From the NCBI GenBank assembly GCA_963748215.1, contig CAVVHS010000007.1, positions 416,001-480,000 of the forward strand: 64,000 nt of DNA. Reading direction: 5' to 3'. Below, in pieces: positions 38,501-50,243 of this stretch. The notes beneath the pieces were generated by a model that saw only the letters and a program-made list of their open reading frames with translations, was not told the origin of the DNA and searched no databases. A program made the translations under genes and the position numbers. This DNA is from an uncultured Gammaproteobacteria bacterium (lineage in GTDB: Bacteria; Pseudomonadota; Gammaproteobacteria; UBA9214). The number at the start of each line of letters is the position of its first letter. The stretch's first letter is position 1.

Positions 38501-40014
38501 AGGACCTGGCGCAGCTCATCTTCGATCTCAAGCAGGTCAACCCGGCGGCGATGGTATCCGTCAAGCTGGTTTCCGAGGCCGGCGTCGGTACCATCGCCGC
38601 CGGTGTCGCCAAGGCCTATGCGGACCAGATCACCGTCTCCGGCTACGATGGCGGTACCGGTGCCAGTCCGCTGTCGTCGGTGAAATACGCCGGCAGTCCC
38701 TGGGAGCTGGGTCTGCGCGAGACGCACCAGATACTGCGTGCCAACGATCTGCGCCAGCGCGTGCGGCTGCAGGTGGACGGCGGCATCAAGACCGGCCTCG
38801 ATGTCATCAAGGCGGCGCTGCTGGGTGCAGAGAGTTTCGGCTTCGGCACGACGCCGCTGATCGTGCTGGGCTGCAAGTATCTGCGCATCTGCCACCTGAA
38901 CAATTGTGCGACCGGTGTGGCGACCCAGGACCCCGTGTTGCGCAGTCAGCACTACCGCGGCGAGGCGGAGAAGGTGATGACCTTTTTCCGCTGGGTAGCG
39001 CAGGAAGTGCGTGAATGGATGGCGGGGCTTGGTGTGCACCGATTCGATGAGCTCATCGGCCGCACGGACCTGCTGCGCCTGCTGCCCGGGGTAACCGGCA
39101 AGCAGCGCCGGCTCGACCTGCAGCCGCTGCTGTACGATGCTGACGTCGCCGCAGACAAACCGCGCTATTGCCTGCAGGCGCGCAACGCATCATTCGACAA
39201 GGGGGCGATGGCCGAACAGATGGTCAACGACATGCTGCCCCTGATCGAGGCGGGTAAGGGCGGTGAATTCAGTTACCGTATTCGCAACGACAACCGCTCC
39301 ATCGGCGCGCGCGTGTCCGGTGAAATCGCGCGACGCCATGGCAATAACGGCTTCGGGGAGCAGCCACTGGTGGTGCGCCTGCAGGGAACCGCCGGCCAGA
39401 GCCTCGGGGTGTGGAATGCCGGCGGTCTGCACCTGTACCTGGAAGGGGATGCCAACGATTATGTCGGCAAGGGCATGGCCGGCGGAAAGATCGTCGTTTA
39501 TCCGCCTTACGCCAGCGAATATCCAAGCCAGGACAATGTCATCCTGGGCAATACCTGTCTGTACGGCGCCACCGGCGGGTACCTGTATGCAGCGGGCCAG
39601 GCAGGGGAGCGTTTCGCCGTGCGCAATTCAGGAGCGGTTGCCGTGGTCGAGGGTGCCGGCGATCACTGCTGCGAATACATGACCGGCGGGATCGTTGCGG
39701 TGCTTGGCGATACCGGCTTCAACTTCGGCGCGGGAATGACCGGCGGCTTCGCGTTCGTGTTCGATCGCAACAATGTGTTCGTCGATCACTACAACCATGA
39801 ACTGGTGGACATCCACCACATCGACACCGAGCAGACCGAGAATCACCGTAACCTGCTGTGCCGGATGATCGGCGATTATGTCGCGGATACCGGCAGTCGA
39901 TGGGGGCAGACCTTGCTCGACGGGTTCCCGGACCATGTCAGGCATTTCTGGCTGGTGAAGCCAAGGACCGCGAAAATGGATGCCCTGGCGGATGCCATGG
40001 TGCAGGTGGCGTAG
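35539..40014 (+). CDS. gltB: glutamate synthase large subunit
   Basis: HDGCGFG Ntn Cys, HQRFSTNT, QGAKPGEGGQL, CHLNNCATG, GXGXG domain. Confidence 0.98.
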   Translation: MAMITHDGSGLYQPGFEHDGCGFGLIAQMDGKPGHALVHRAIRALSRLTHRGAVAADGKSGDGCGLLMKLPHDFLHALALADGINLSSRYAVGMLFLNRDPERAGAARWRLEFELEAQDLVVAGWRTVPVEPDACGARALESLPLIEQVFVNAPPGLPGDELERRLYIARRRARKAIKDEDRTFYVASLSSQVICYKGLVMPHNLPVFYPDLCDERLESSLCVFHQRFSTNTWPEWRLAQPFRYLAHNGEINTIQGNRNWARARSHKFESPLIPDMDAIRPWVSMSGSDSCSLDNMLEALLAGGMDIFLAMRLLIPRAWQNIETMDPDLRAFYEYHSMHMEPWDGPAGIVLTDGRYAACVMDRNGLRPARYVITRDRCITLASEIGVTEHEPQDVVARGRLSPGDMMAVDTRTGRLLTPDMIEDDLKGRWPCRKWLQQHAVRLESRREEEARYCRQSAPGQLRIRQKQYQVTLEELDQVLRVLAEGGQEAIGSMGDDTPMPVLSRQVRSLFDYFRQQFAQVTNPPIDPLREQIVMSLETCFGVERNLFVEDPQHAARLMVNSPVLSGSKFNQLLEQSDPRYRHARIDLNYDRTLDLRSAIDALAERAVEQVRSGKCILVLSDRDIAQDRLPVHALLATGAIHHRLIEAGLRCDANLVVDTGTARNPHEFAVLIGFGATAIHPWLAYQCIADLFRGGQADAAGDTVTGALHSYRRGINKGLYKILSKMGISTITSYRGAQLFESIGLHRDVVDQCFSGTPCRLQGAGFEELEADQRRLADAAWDGRRDIEPGGRLKFIAGGEFHAFNPDVVTTLHQAVASGEYRDYRRYAALINQRPPLVLRDLLGVRDDLEPVPIEAVEPVEDIVRRFETGAMSLGALSPEAHETLAIAMNRLGGRSNSGEGGEDAQRFGTERVSRIKQVASGRFGVTPHYLVNADVLQIKIAQGAKPGEGGQLAGQKVNELIARLRHAEVGTPLISPPPHHDIYSIEDLAQLIFDLKQVNPAAMVSVKLVSEAGVGTIAAGVAKAYADQITVSGYDGGTGASPLSSVKYAGSPWELGLRETHQILRANDLRQRVRLQVDGGIKTGLDVIKAALLGAESFGFGTTPLIVLGCKYLRICHLNNCATGVATQDPVLRSQHYRGEAEKVMTFFRWVAQEVREWMAGLGVHRFDELIGRTDLLRLLPGVTGKQRRLDLQPLLYDADVAADKPRYCLQARNASFDKGAMAEQMVNDMLPLIEAGKGGEFSYRIRNDNRSIGARVSGEIARRHGNNGFGEQPLVVRLQGTAGQSLGVWNAGGLHLYLEGDANDYVGKGMAGGKIVVYPPYASEYPSQDNVILGNTCLYGATGGYLYAAGQAGERFAVRNSGAVAVVEGAGDHCCEYMTGGIVAVLGDTGFNFGAGMTGGFAFVFDRNNVFVDHYNHELVDIHHIDTEQTENHRNLLCRMIGDYVADTGSRWGQTLLDGFPDHVRHFWLVKPRTAKMDALADAMVQVA

Positions 40015-40354
40015 GGCAGCGCTGCGCCCGGATCGGGCAGGGGGCGTGTCGCCGGGATCTTTCCCTGCGAGACACCAGTCCTCGACCGCTATCGAATGAA
40101 CGGGTCGGCCGGCTGCTGAGTGGCGCAAGAACAACGCATGGTGGACTTCAGCAGTGGAACGTCGGCCAGCTCCACGCGTTCACCAAATCAGGCTATATTC
40201 CCGAAGGCACTGTGCTTGCGACCGGTGCAGCGGACATCATGCCGTGTCTCCCGTAAACGCATCATCCGCAGAGTGCGTATAATGGCGACGACGCGCAGGA
40301 CGATGTCCTGACAGCCAATGTAGACAATCGTTATTCCTGTTCGAGGTGATACAG

Positions 40355-40633
40355 ATGCCGAGAATCCTGTTGCTGTTATCCCTCGGTCTGCTGCTGGGCG
40401 GCTGTACGGAAGAACAGCAGAACCGCCTGAGCCGGCTCGGGGTAACCTGGCTCGAGGGTAATTACCGGGTGACCTATGCCGACGGGGAGCATGTCAAGAG
40501 CTGGGTGGTGCGTGACAGCAAGGTTACGTCTGAACCGGAGAAGGGCTATTATTACTTCTGGGTCAAGCAGGGCGATAAACGTTACTACGTGCAGACACCG
40601 ATTGCGCGCTCCTATATCGAGGAAATACCGTAG
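40355..40633 (+). CDS. small hypothetical lipoprotein
   Basis: LLLGGC lipobox, GAGG RBS. Confidence 0.75.
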   Translation: MPRILLLLSLGLLLGGCTEEQQNRLSRLGVTWLEGNYRVTYADGEHVKSWVVRDSKVTSEPEKGYYYFWVKQGDKRYYVQTPIARSYIEEIP

Positions 40634-40770
40634 CTCGCCAGCGGGCGCCGCCGACAAATAGCTGCACCAGGGCGGGGATGCGGCCGTCATTCACCGCCTG
40701 TTTCAACGCATTCAGAGGGTTGGCAGGTCCGACGCCTGCGAATCCCTTGTTTTCGTGCAGCAGTCCCGGG

Positions 40771-41193
40771 TCAGTTTTCAACGGCACCATTATCGATCCA
40801 GACCCGGATGGTCTCGATCTCTTCGGCACTGAGGGGTGCCTTGCCGTGCGGCATGGAGATTGTCAGGTTGTCTTTGGAGGAAATCAGGATATACAGCGAA
40901 CTGGTCCTGGCCGAGCCCGGATGGATGACCGGTCCGTATCGGTCGTCTTTCATCAGCGATGCATAGGAATCCAGCAGCAGGCCGGTTGCCTCGGCACCCG
41001 GCTTTCCGGCGACATGACATTCAGCACAATGCTTTTGCAGGATGGGGGCCACATCATCCGCATAGCTCACCTGCCGTGACTGTGGTGGCTCTGCCTTTTG
41101 TGACTGCAGCTGCCCTGCCTTGTCGTCATCGCAGGCCGCCAGGCTCGCGGCGATTGCCAGTAACGCGGCGAGCGGCATGGCTCGAATGTTCAT
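40771..41193 (-). CDS. planctomycete-type c-cytochrome domain lipoprotein
   Basis: LAAC lipobox; VAPILQKHCAECH...MPH...WIDNGA. Confidence 0.85.
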   Translation of the reverse strand: MNIRAMPLAALLAIAASLAACDDDKAGQLQSQKAEPPQSRQVSYADDVAPILQKHCAECHVAGKPGAEATGLLLDSYASLMKDDRYGPVIHPGSARTSSLYILISSKDNLTISMPHGKAPLSAEEIETIRVWIDNGAVEN

Positions 41194-41535
41194 TGGGGTA
41201 CCCCTTCGGGACTGTTGGCCAGCCGGCATCTTAGCATTCTTCAGGGTCGGACCTCTCTAACTCACTGAGATCACATGGTACTTATCACTGATAACGACTC
41301 TATTCGGGCTTAAAACACCTGTTTCGACCCCAATTAGGTACCTGCAAGACGTCAGGATGTGCTCGTAACGCGTCGGTATTTTCCCATGCGATGAAAGCGT
41401 CGCATTTCGATTTCTTAACTGCTTGCTTTTGACCCTGAAATGGCCACGCCAAGGCGGCATTTCGGCCTTCATACGCAGCAAGTCTAAACAAATTCAATTG
41501 TCTGGCGAGGTCCGACCCCTGTGACCCCGGGACAG

Positions 41536-42585
41536 TCAAGCGATGCTTACGTCGGGTGACAGGTACACGTCCTGGATCGCGTTCAGCAGGTTGATGCCTT
41601 CATCCATCGGACGCTGAAATGCCTTGCGTCCGGATATCAGACCCGTTCCGCCGGCACGTTTGTTGATGACCGCCGTGCGGACTGCCTGGTGCAGGTCGTC
41701 CTTGCCCGAGGGGCCTCCGGAATTGATCATGCCGACGCGTCCCATGTAACAGTTGGCTACCTGGTAGCGCACGAGATCCACCGGGTGGTCACTGGTCAGC
41801 TCCTCGTACACCCGGGGGTGGGTTTTACCGAACTTGATAGCGTTGTAGCCGCCATTTGTTTCCGCCTGTTTCTGCTTGACGATATCGGCTTCGATTGTCA
41901 CCGCCAGGTGGTTGGCCTGCCCGGTCAGATCGGCCGCCGTGTGATAGTCAACGCCTTCCTTCTTGAATTCCGGGTTGCGCAGATAGGCCCACAGGAATGT
42001 CACCATCCCAAGCTCGTGGGCATGGGCGAATGCCTCGCTCACTTCGAGAATCTGCCGGCGCGATTCCATGGAGCCATAAAAGACCGTAGCACCCACGGCG
42101 ACCGCGCCCAGTTCAAATGCCTGGTCGACGCTGGCGAACAGTGTCTGGTCAAAGTGATTGGGGTAGGTCAGCAACTCGTTGTGGTTGAGCTTGACCAGGA
42201 AGGGGATTTTATGGGCATATTTCCGACTCACCGAGCCGAGCACGCCGAGTGTCGATGCGACCGCATTACAGCCCCCCTCGATGGCCAGTTTGACGATGTT
42301 CTCCGGATCGAAATAGAGCGGGTTCGGCGCGAAGGAGGCGCCTGCGGAATGTTCGACGCCCTGGTCCACCGGCAGGATAGACATATACCCACTGCCCCCG
42401 AGACGGCCGTGGTCATGCAAGGCCTGCAGGTTGCGCAGTACCCGCGGACCCCGGTCGCTGTGTGACGTCACGCGGTCGACAAAATCCGGTCCCGGCACAT
42501 GCAGCAACTCTTGCGGAATACCCTTGCAGACATGCCCCAGCAGGTACTCGCTCTCGTCGCCCAGCAATTTCTGGATATCGGTCAT
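41536..42585 (-). CDS. fbaB: class I fructose-bisphosphate aldolase
   Basis: [33 protein letters not shown]. Confidence 0.97.
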   Translation of the reverse strand: MTDIQKLLGDESEYLLGHVCKGIPQELLHVPGPDFVDRVTSHSDRGPRVLRNLQALHDHGRLGGSGYMSILPVDQGVEHSAGASFAPNPLYFDPENIVKLAIEGGCNAVASTLGVLGSVSRKYAHKIPFLVKLNHNELLTYPNHFDQTLFASVDQAFELGAVAVGATVFYGSMESRRQILEVSEAFAHAHELGMVTFLWAYLRNPEFKKEGVDYHTAADLTGQANHLAVTIEADIVKQKQAETNGGYNAIKFGKTHPRVYEELTSDHPVDLVRYQVANCYMGRVGMINSGGPSGKDDLHQAVRTAVINKRAGGTGLISGRKAFQRPMDEGINLLNAIQDVYLSPDVSIA

Positions 42586-42733
42586 GGTCAGTCCTCTCTC
42601 CTGGAATCTGTTACAGGGTGTGCACGGGTAAAATCAATCAAGGTGCAATTTCAGGAATCTATCATTGACGTTACAGGACCCGCCTTGATCGTGATCAACC
42701 GTTGCCGTTTGCATTATTGAGACTTGCATAAAT

Positions 42734-43085
42734 GGGTCTTCCTTGGTTGAGTGGGTAACACATCAATTCAGACGAGACGCATTGCTTCTGATGACAAGGT
42801 TGTTGGCCGAATGAATTCGGCCCTGCTCAATCAGACCTGTAGGGTCGAATTCATTCGACCAGCGGTGTTTCATTCGAGCAGACGTCCTGCAGTGATATCC
42901 GTAGATAAGGGATGACGACCGGGTAAACGTGGTGATGCAATAGACTAGATGGTACAGGGAATGACGCTCTCCTGCGCAATGCGTCACAGGACAGGGCGAC
43001 CTCCTTGTCTCCAATGGCAACAGGCTGTTGGCCGAGTGAATTCGGCCCACAACGGTAATCTATCCACTCGATTTGGGAAAGAGCC
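42734..43085. mobile_element. MITE-like element, copy 2 (inverted relative to 4992-5436)
   Basis: Ends GGGTCTTCCTTGGTTGAGTGGGTA and TATCCACTCGATTTGGGAAAGAGCC; internal sequence matches copy 1. Confidence 0.8.
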
Positions 43086-43107
43086 AAACAGGCAGGCACG
43101 GTGCACC

Positions 43108-44556
<1,449 letters not shown>

Positions 44557-44770
44557 TCAGGACGGGCACATCCGCCAGCTGCCGTTAGCCGGGTGCTGTC
44601 GCCGGGCGATCCGTCTTCGCAACGCTGCAATCACGGGGCATGGCCGGATCCATTCTTTCCTGTTTTGATACAGAAACTATTCGCATCCGGCCACCAGTTC
44701 CGGGTCGTGTTACTCAACCGGCCGCAGGTGGCCGCCGTCTGTTAAAAGCATAGACCATCAATGCCGGCCA

Positions 44771-46384
44771 TCAACCCTGCGGACCCGCCGCGGCGATTTC
44801 CGGCGAGACGTCGAAACGCGCGATGTTGTCGCGGAAGCGCCCGATGAGTTCGCGGGTATTACGGTCATAGGCGGCCTTGTCATTCCAGGTTTCGCGCGGG
44901 TTCAGTATTCGTTCGTCGATACCGTGGAGCTGCAGCGGTATACGCAGGTTGAATCCCGGCAGTATCCGTGTTTTGGCCACCTCCAGGTCGCCGCGCAGCA
45001 CGGCGTGCACGATGGCGCGTGTCGTGGCGATGCTGAAGCGCCGGCCCTCGCCATAGGGGCCGCCGGTCCAGCCGGTGTTGACGAGATAGACGGGCACACT
45101 GTAACGCGCGATCTTGTCCATGAGCAGTTCGGCATAGACGCTGGCGCGGCGCGGAAAGAAGGGTGCGCCGAAGCAGGCACTGAAGGTCGGTGTTATCCCT
45201 TCCATTTGCCCCACCTCGGTGCTGCCGACCAGGGCGGTATAGCCGCTCAGAAAATGATAGGCCGCCTGTTCGCGCGTCAGCATGGCAACCGGTGGCAGTA
45301 CACCGTACAGGTCACAGGTGAGAAAGATCACCGCATGCGGCTGCCCGCCCTGGTTGCCCGGCATCCGCTTGTCGACGAACTCGCGAGGGTAGGCGACCCG
45401 GGTATTCTCTGTCATGCTGCCGTCATCGAAGACGGGCGCGTGGCTGTCACCGGCAAGCACCACGTTTTCCATCGCCGCCCCGAAACGGATCGCATTCCAG
45501 ATCACCGGTTCCCGCTCGGGGTTCAGGTTGATGCATTTCGCATAGCAGCCGCCCTCGAAGTTGAAAATACCCTCGTCGTCCCAGCCGTGCTCGTCGTCAC
45601 CGATGAGGAAGCGCATGGGGTCGGCCGACAGTGTGGTCTTGCCCGTGCCGGACAAGCCGAAAAACAGTGCTACATCGCCGCCTTCGCCGACGTTGGCAGC
45701 ACAGTGCATGGGCAGCACGTCGTGTTCAGGGGCCAGGTAGTTCAGGGCGGAAAACACGGCCTTCTTCATTTCGCCGGCGTAGCGCATGCCCAGCAGCAGG
45801 ATGCGGCGATGGGTGAAATCCAGGATCACTGCACCGTCGCTGTGCGTGCCGTCACGGGCGGGATCGGTCACGAGTGACGGCAGGTTGAGGATGGTCCACT
45901 CGGGTCCGGCCGCCTCGGGGGTGGCGGGGTCAGGGCGCACGAACAACTGGTGTGCAAACAGGTTATGCCAGGCGTATTCTGTCACGACGAACAGGGGCAG
46001 GGCATGGCGTGCATGGCTTCCGGCCTGCAGTTGTGCCGTGAACAGTTCGCGACCGCGCAGCCAGTCACAGGCGCGCCCCCAGAGCGCATCGAAGGCCGCG
46101 GGGTCAAAGGGATGGTTGACCTTGCCCCAGTCAATCTCGGCGTCCACGAGCGGGTCATCCACGATGTACCGGTCCATGGGCGAACGGCCGGTGCGCGTGC
46201 CGGTGCGAACACAGAGGGCGCCGTTATCGGCCAGCACACCCTCGCCGCGCTGCAGCGCCATCTCGACCAGTTTCGGGATCGGCAGATCCATGTGCAGCCG
46301 GGCATGGCGCAGGCTCTCGCCCAGCAACCCGTTGCCGGGCTTTGCATAGCCGTGCTGTATGATTTTCGCTGCGTTGCTGTTCAT
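44771..46384 (-). CDS. pckA: phosphoenolpyruvate carboxykinase (ATP)
   Basis: [41 protein letters not shown]. Confidence 0.97.
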   Translation of the reverse strand: MNSNAAKIIQHGYAKPGNGLLGESLRHARLHMDLPIPKLVEMALQRGEGVLADNGALCVRTGTRTGRSPMDRYIVDDPLVDAEIDWGKVNHPFDPAAFDALWGRACDWLRGRELFTAQLQAGSHARHALPLFVVTEYAWHNLFAHQLFVRPDPATPEAAGPEWTILNLPSLVTDPARDGTHSDGAVILDFTHRRILLLGMRYAGEMKKAVFSALNYLAPEHDVLPMHCAANVGEGGDVALFFGLSGTGKTTLSADPMRFLIGDDEHGWDDEGIFNFEGGCYAKCINLNPEREPVIWNAIRFGAAMENVVLAGDSHAPVFDDGSMTENTRVAYPREFVDKRMPGNQGGQPHAVIFLTCDLYGVLPPVAMLTREQAAYHFLSGYTALVGSTEVGQMEGITPTFSACFGAPFFPRRASVYAELLMDKIARYSVPVYLVNTGWTGGPYGEGRRFSIATTRAIVHAVLRGDLEVAKTRILPGFNLRIPLQLHGIDERILNPRETWNDKAAYDRNTRELIGRFRDNIARFDVSPEIAAAGPQG

Positions 46385-46587
46385 CTTCAAGCACTCCTGT
46401 TTATCGAGGCATGCCGTGCCCCTGCCGCCCGCTGCGCGGGATGCCGTCACCTGCAGCGTGCTGTAACCCGGCTTATGCCGCGGCACTGGCCAGCTTGCAT
46501 ACGCCATCGGGCACTGGACCTTCGTGCGTCGAGCGGCGTGTGTCCCTCCCGGGCAGGCATGGATTGCCGGGGCCTGTCTTATATCTT

Positions 46588-46603
46588 AGCAACATATGTG
46601 CCA
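46588..46603 (-). promoter_or_regulatory. sigma54 -24/-12 promoter of pckA
   Basis: TGGCACATATGTTGCT on the minus strand; TGCACCA half-sites at 46666 and 46707-46713. Confidence 0.75.
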
Positions 46604-46935
46604 TGCGCTGCCGGTGAAAACAGGTTTGCACAACAGTGGCTTGCCGGATGTCGGTCAGGGCCTTCTGCACCAGAATCCGCCGCACTGCCCTGCGTCCGCC
46701 TTGTTATGGTGCAGGAACCGGGCACTCCGTCTGCGCCGTGCCTGTACACGGTCCGCGTGGTCCGGCAGGCCTGAAGTGCAGTGCGCCGGGTCTGGTCCGC
46801 CCTGAGCTGAAACCGGTCGGGACCATGGCGTGCTGGCAAGGTGTCTGGCAAGGAGATGCCGGGTGCGCCGGATACCGGCGTCTGATGCGGGAGAAGGTGT
46901 GACTGGACGGGGCGGCAGGGCGTATTGCCTGCGCG

Positions 46936-47418
46936 TCATGCGTGGCCTTGATCAGCGCCACTCGGCACCCGTGGGTGCGGGGTCGCGGCTAAACGTGCAA
47001 CCAGCATCTGCAGTGCCGCCGTGAGGTTCTCGGCAGCGGCGTCACTCAGGGATGCACCAAGTTCGAAGTCGTAACCGCGCACAGCGAGTACGAATGCGGC
47101 AGGCAAGGGTGCATCGGCGACACGCACAAATGCCTCCAGCACGGCCGCCGGTGTCAGGGCGTGAGAGATCGCGCCGGCATGCGCCGCCGGGCTCACTGGC
47201 GTGAATTCGAAGGGTTCGGGCCCGGTGGCGGCAGCGTCGATGAATACCACCTCGCGGCGCCCGACCAGGTCGAGCGCATGTTCGACCTGCAGCTGGAAAT
47301 CGGTCAGCAGCTCGGTATCGGGCAAACCGTGTGCCTCCAGGTGCTCGATAGCGAGTGGTCCGATGGCGTCGTCGCCGCGGCTCGGGTTGCCGATGCCGAT
47401 GACGAGGACCGGCGCCAT
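46936..47418 (-). CDS. hoxW: hydrogenase maturation protease
   Basis: GIGNPSRGDDAIG, FIDA, SH; follows hoxH. Confidence 0.88.
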   Translation of the reverse strand: MAPVLVIGIGNPSRGDDAIGPLAIEHLEAHGLPDTELLTDFQLQVEHALDLVGRREVVFIDAAATGPEPFEFTPVSPAAHAGAISHALTPAAVLEAFVRVADAPLPAAFVLAVRGYDFELGASLSDAAAENLTAALQMLVARLAATPHPRVPSGADQGHA

Positions 47419-47438
47419 GCCGTCCGTTGGTCCGGGGC

Positions 47439-48920
47439 TCAGGGACACCGCTCGATCGAGCTCTTGACCAGGGTGTCGATGCACTGGCCCTCGGCGTCGA
47501 TCAGCTCCACGTTGAACGGCATCCTGCCCAGCGCGTGGGTGGCGCAGGACAGGCAGGGATCGAAGGCACGGATCGCCACCTCGATGTGGTTCAAAAGGCC
47601 CTCGGTCAACCGGCGGCCGTCGAGGTAGCGTTTCGCCACTTGACGGATCGCCTCGTTCATCGCCTGGTTGTTATGCGTCGTCGAGACGATCAGATTGGCG
47701 CGCACCGCCTGGTCGTTCTCGTCCACCCGGTAGTGGTGAATCAGGGTGCCGCGCGGCGCCTCGATGACACCCACCCCGCGTTCACGGCGTTCGCCGGTGA
47801 CCACCAGGTCATCGCCCGAGATATCCTCGTCGTGCAGCAGGTCCTTGATTGATTCTGCGGCGAACAGCAGCTCGATCATCCGCGTCCAGTGATAGGCCAG
47901 CGTGGCGTGCACCGGCTGGCCGCCGCCGAAATCGACGAACTCGCGACGTTCCGCTTCCGCAAACGGCGTCGGTATATGATCGCAGTTCTGCACCCGCGCC
48001 AGCGGCCCTACCTTGTACCAGCCGGCCTCGGCACCCAGTGACCGGATGTAGGGGAACTTCATGTAGGACCAGGGCCTGACCTCTTCCGTGATGTGGTCCC
48101 AGTAGCGGTCATAGTCGACGGTATCGAAAATGATCTTGCCGTTGCTGTCGCGTGCCCGCAGCACGCCATGATAGAGGTCCATCCCTCCGTCAGGTGCGAC
48201 CAGGCTCATCAGGTTGGAACGAAAGGCACCGAAGCTGTTGTAGAGGCCCGCATTGGCCAGGTGCAGGCGCTTCGCCAGCTGCACGGCGGCGCGGCACCAG
48301 CCGATGATCTGGTAGATATCCTTGAGCAGCTCGGCGCGTTCTTCACGAGTCACGGCCTTGTTGACGCCACCGGGAATCGCCCCGGTGCCGTGTATGCGCT
48401 TGCCGGCAGTGACGCGGATCACCTCCTGGCCGAAGCGGCGCAGCAGCACGCCTTGCCTGGCGATATCCGGATACTCGGCCGCAACACCGACGATGTTGCG
48501 TCGCGCGACGTCCGAATCGAATCCGAACAGCAGGTCAGGCGAGGACAGGTGAAAGAAGTGCAGCGCATGTGACTGCAGTATCTGTCCGTAATGCATGAGC
48601 CGCCGGATCTTGTCGGCGGTCGGGGTCAGGTGGTCGACACCGACCACCTGGTCCAGCGCCTTGGCCGCCGCCAGGTGATGGCTGACCGGGCAGATCCCGC
48701 ACAGGCGCTGCACCATGACCGGGATTTCCCAGTACGGCCGGCCCTGGATGAACTTCTCGAAACCGCGAAACTCGACGATATGCAGCCGGACCTGCTGTAC
48801 GTGATCATCGCCATCGAGCAGGATGGTTACCTTGCCATGCCCCTCCACGCGGGAGAGCGGCTCGATGACCACGCGCTTCAGTCTGGCGGGATTGGCGGCG
48901 GTTTCCAGTTCAAAGCTCAT
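47439..48920 (-). CDS. hoxH: NAD-reducing [NiFe] hydrogenase large subunit (group 3d)
   Basis: [21 protein letters not shown] plus C-terminal extension. Confidence 0.95.
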   Translation of the reverse strand: MSFELETAANPARLKRVVIEPLSRVEGHGKVTILLDGDDHVQQVRLHIVEFRGFEKFIQGRPYWEIPVMVQRLCGICPVSHHLAAAKALDQVVGVDHLTPTADKIRRLMHYGQILQSHALHFFHLSSPDLLFGFDSDVARRNIVGVAAEYPDIARQGVLLRRFGQEVIRVTAGKRIHGTGAIPGGVNKAVTREERAELLKDIYQIIGWCRAAVQLAKRLHLANAGLYNSFGAFRSNLMSLVAPDGGMDLYHGVLRARDSNGKIIFDTVDYDRYWDHITEEVRPWSYMKFPYIRSLGAEAGWYKVGPLARVQNCDHIPTPFAEAERREFVDFGGGQPVHATLAYHWTRMIELLFAAESIKDLLHDEDISGDDLVVTGERRERGVGVIEAPRGTLIHHYRVDENDQAVRANLIVSTTHNNQAMNEAIRQVAKRYLDGRRLTEGLLNHIEVAIRAFDPCLSCATHALGRMPFNVELIDAEGQCIDTLVKSSIERCP

Positions 48921-48942
48921 TGGGCAGGACTCCGGTGTGTAC

Positions 48943-49494
48943 TCAGTCGTAATGGATCAGGCCGTGGCCGAGATGCGGTGTGCGCCCTGCCAGCAGGTCG
49001 GTGAGGAATTTCCAGATCGCGTCCGCGGTCGGCGGGCAACCGGGCAGGAAATAGTCGATTTTCACCACCTCGTGCAGGGCGTGTACCTTGTCCAGCGGCA
49101 GCGGCAGCTCGGGGTCGTTGGGGATGCAGCCCTTCGCCAGGCTGACCTCGGTGACGTAGACCTCCTGCAGACAGTCGCCGAGGTCGAGGTGATTGCGCTG
49201 CGCCGGCAGTCCGCCGTTTACCGCGCAGGCGCCCACCGCGACCAGGATCTTGCACTGCTTGCGAAACTCGCGCAGCACGTGAACGTTGTCCGCGTTGCAG
49301 ATGCCGCCCTCGATGAGGCCGACATCGCAGGGGCCGCAGTGCTTGATGTCGGTGAACGGCGAGCGGTCGAACTCGATACGATCGAGCAGCTCGAACAGCC
49401 GCTCGTCGATGTCGAGAAATGACATGTGGCAGCCGAAACAGCCGGCGAGCGAAGTGGTCGCGACACGCAGTTTGGGCTGGGCGGGTTCGCTCAT
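48943..49494 (-). CDS. hoxY: NAD-reducing hydrogenase small subunit
   Basis: LAGCFGCHMS, GACA, PGCPP. Confidence 0.94.
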   Translation of the reverse strand: MSEPAQPKLRVATTSLAGCFGCHMSFLDIDERLFELLDRIEFDRSPFTDIKHCGPCDVGLIEGGICNADNVHVLREFRKQCKILVAVGACAVNGGLPAQRNHLDLGDCLQEVYVTEVSLAKGCIPNDPELPLPLDKVHALHEVVKIDYFLPGCPPTADAIWKFLTDLLAGRTPHLGHGLIHYD

Positions 49495-50243
49495 GTCGAA
49501 TCCTTGCGCCGGGTCGTCGGCTGGCGCGGTGCGTCCCCGAGGGCCTGGGCGCTGACCGGCTGCCGGTCGAAGCGCCGTTCGCCGATGGGCACCCTGAACC
49601 CGACGCGCTTGTGCAGGATCACCCCGACGGGGCATACCTCCATGGCCTTGTCGGTGACGGCGATATCGGTGTCGGCCAGCCGCCTGGATTCGGCATTGAC
49701 AATCAGATGCTTGGTAATGCCGCGGCCCGACAGGGCGAACACGCACTTGTGGTCGACCTCTCTCGAGGCGCGCACGCAGAGTTCGCACAGGATGCAGCGG
49801 TTGAATTCGAGCAGGATATCGGGATGCGAGGCATCGACCGGCCGGTTCGGAAACAGGTAGTCGAACTCGGTCGACATGATATCGAGATCGTAGGCCACCG
49901 CCTGCAGCAGGCAGTTGCCGCTTGCCTCGCAGGACGGACAGAAGTGGTTGCCCTCGATAAACAGCATCTGTACCACTGTCTGGTGTTCCTTTTTGAGTCG
50001 CTCGGTCTGGCTCGCCACTTCCATGCCGGCCTGTGCCCGCAGGGTGCAGGACGCCGTGGTCCGGCCGTTCACCTCCACCGTGCAGACCTTGCAGCTGCCA
50101 TGCGGCTTGAACTCGGGGTGATAACAGAGGTGCGGGATGTAATGGCCTGCGGCAAGCGCGGCCTGGATCACCGTCTGCCCGGGTTCGAACGGCACCTCTT
50201 CCCCGTCGAGCAGAAACGTCGCGGTATTCGCTTCGGCGTTCAT
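49491..50243 (-). CDS. hoxU: diaphorase Fe-S subunit
   Basis: IPHLC...CKVC, HFCPSC, CILCELC. Confidence 0.94.
   Translation of the reverse strand: MNAEANTATFLLDGEEVPFEPGQTVIQAALAAGHYIPHLCYHPEFKPHGSCKVCTVEVNGRTTASCTLRAQAGMEVASQTERLKKEHQTVVQMLFIEGNHFCPSCEASGNCLLQAVAYDLDIMSTEFDYLFPNRPVDASHPDILLEFNRCILCELCVRASREVDHKCVFALSGRGITKHLIVNAESRRLADTDIAVTDKAMEVCPVGVILHKRVGFRVPIGERRFDRQPVSAQALGDAPRQPTTRRKDST

Noticed and set aside
42763-43099. Small ORFs here and at 5039-5248 with similar translations
   Set aside because: They are incidental translations of the two MITE copies
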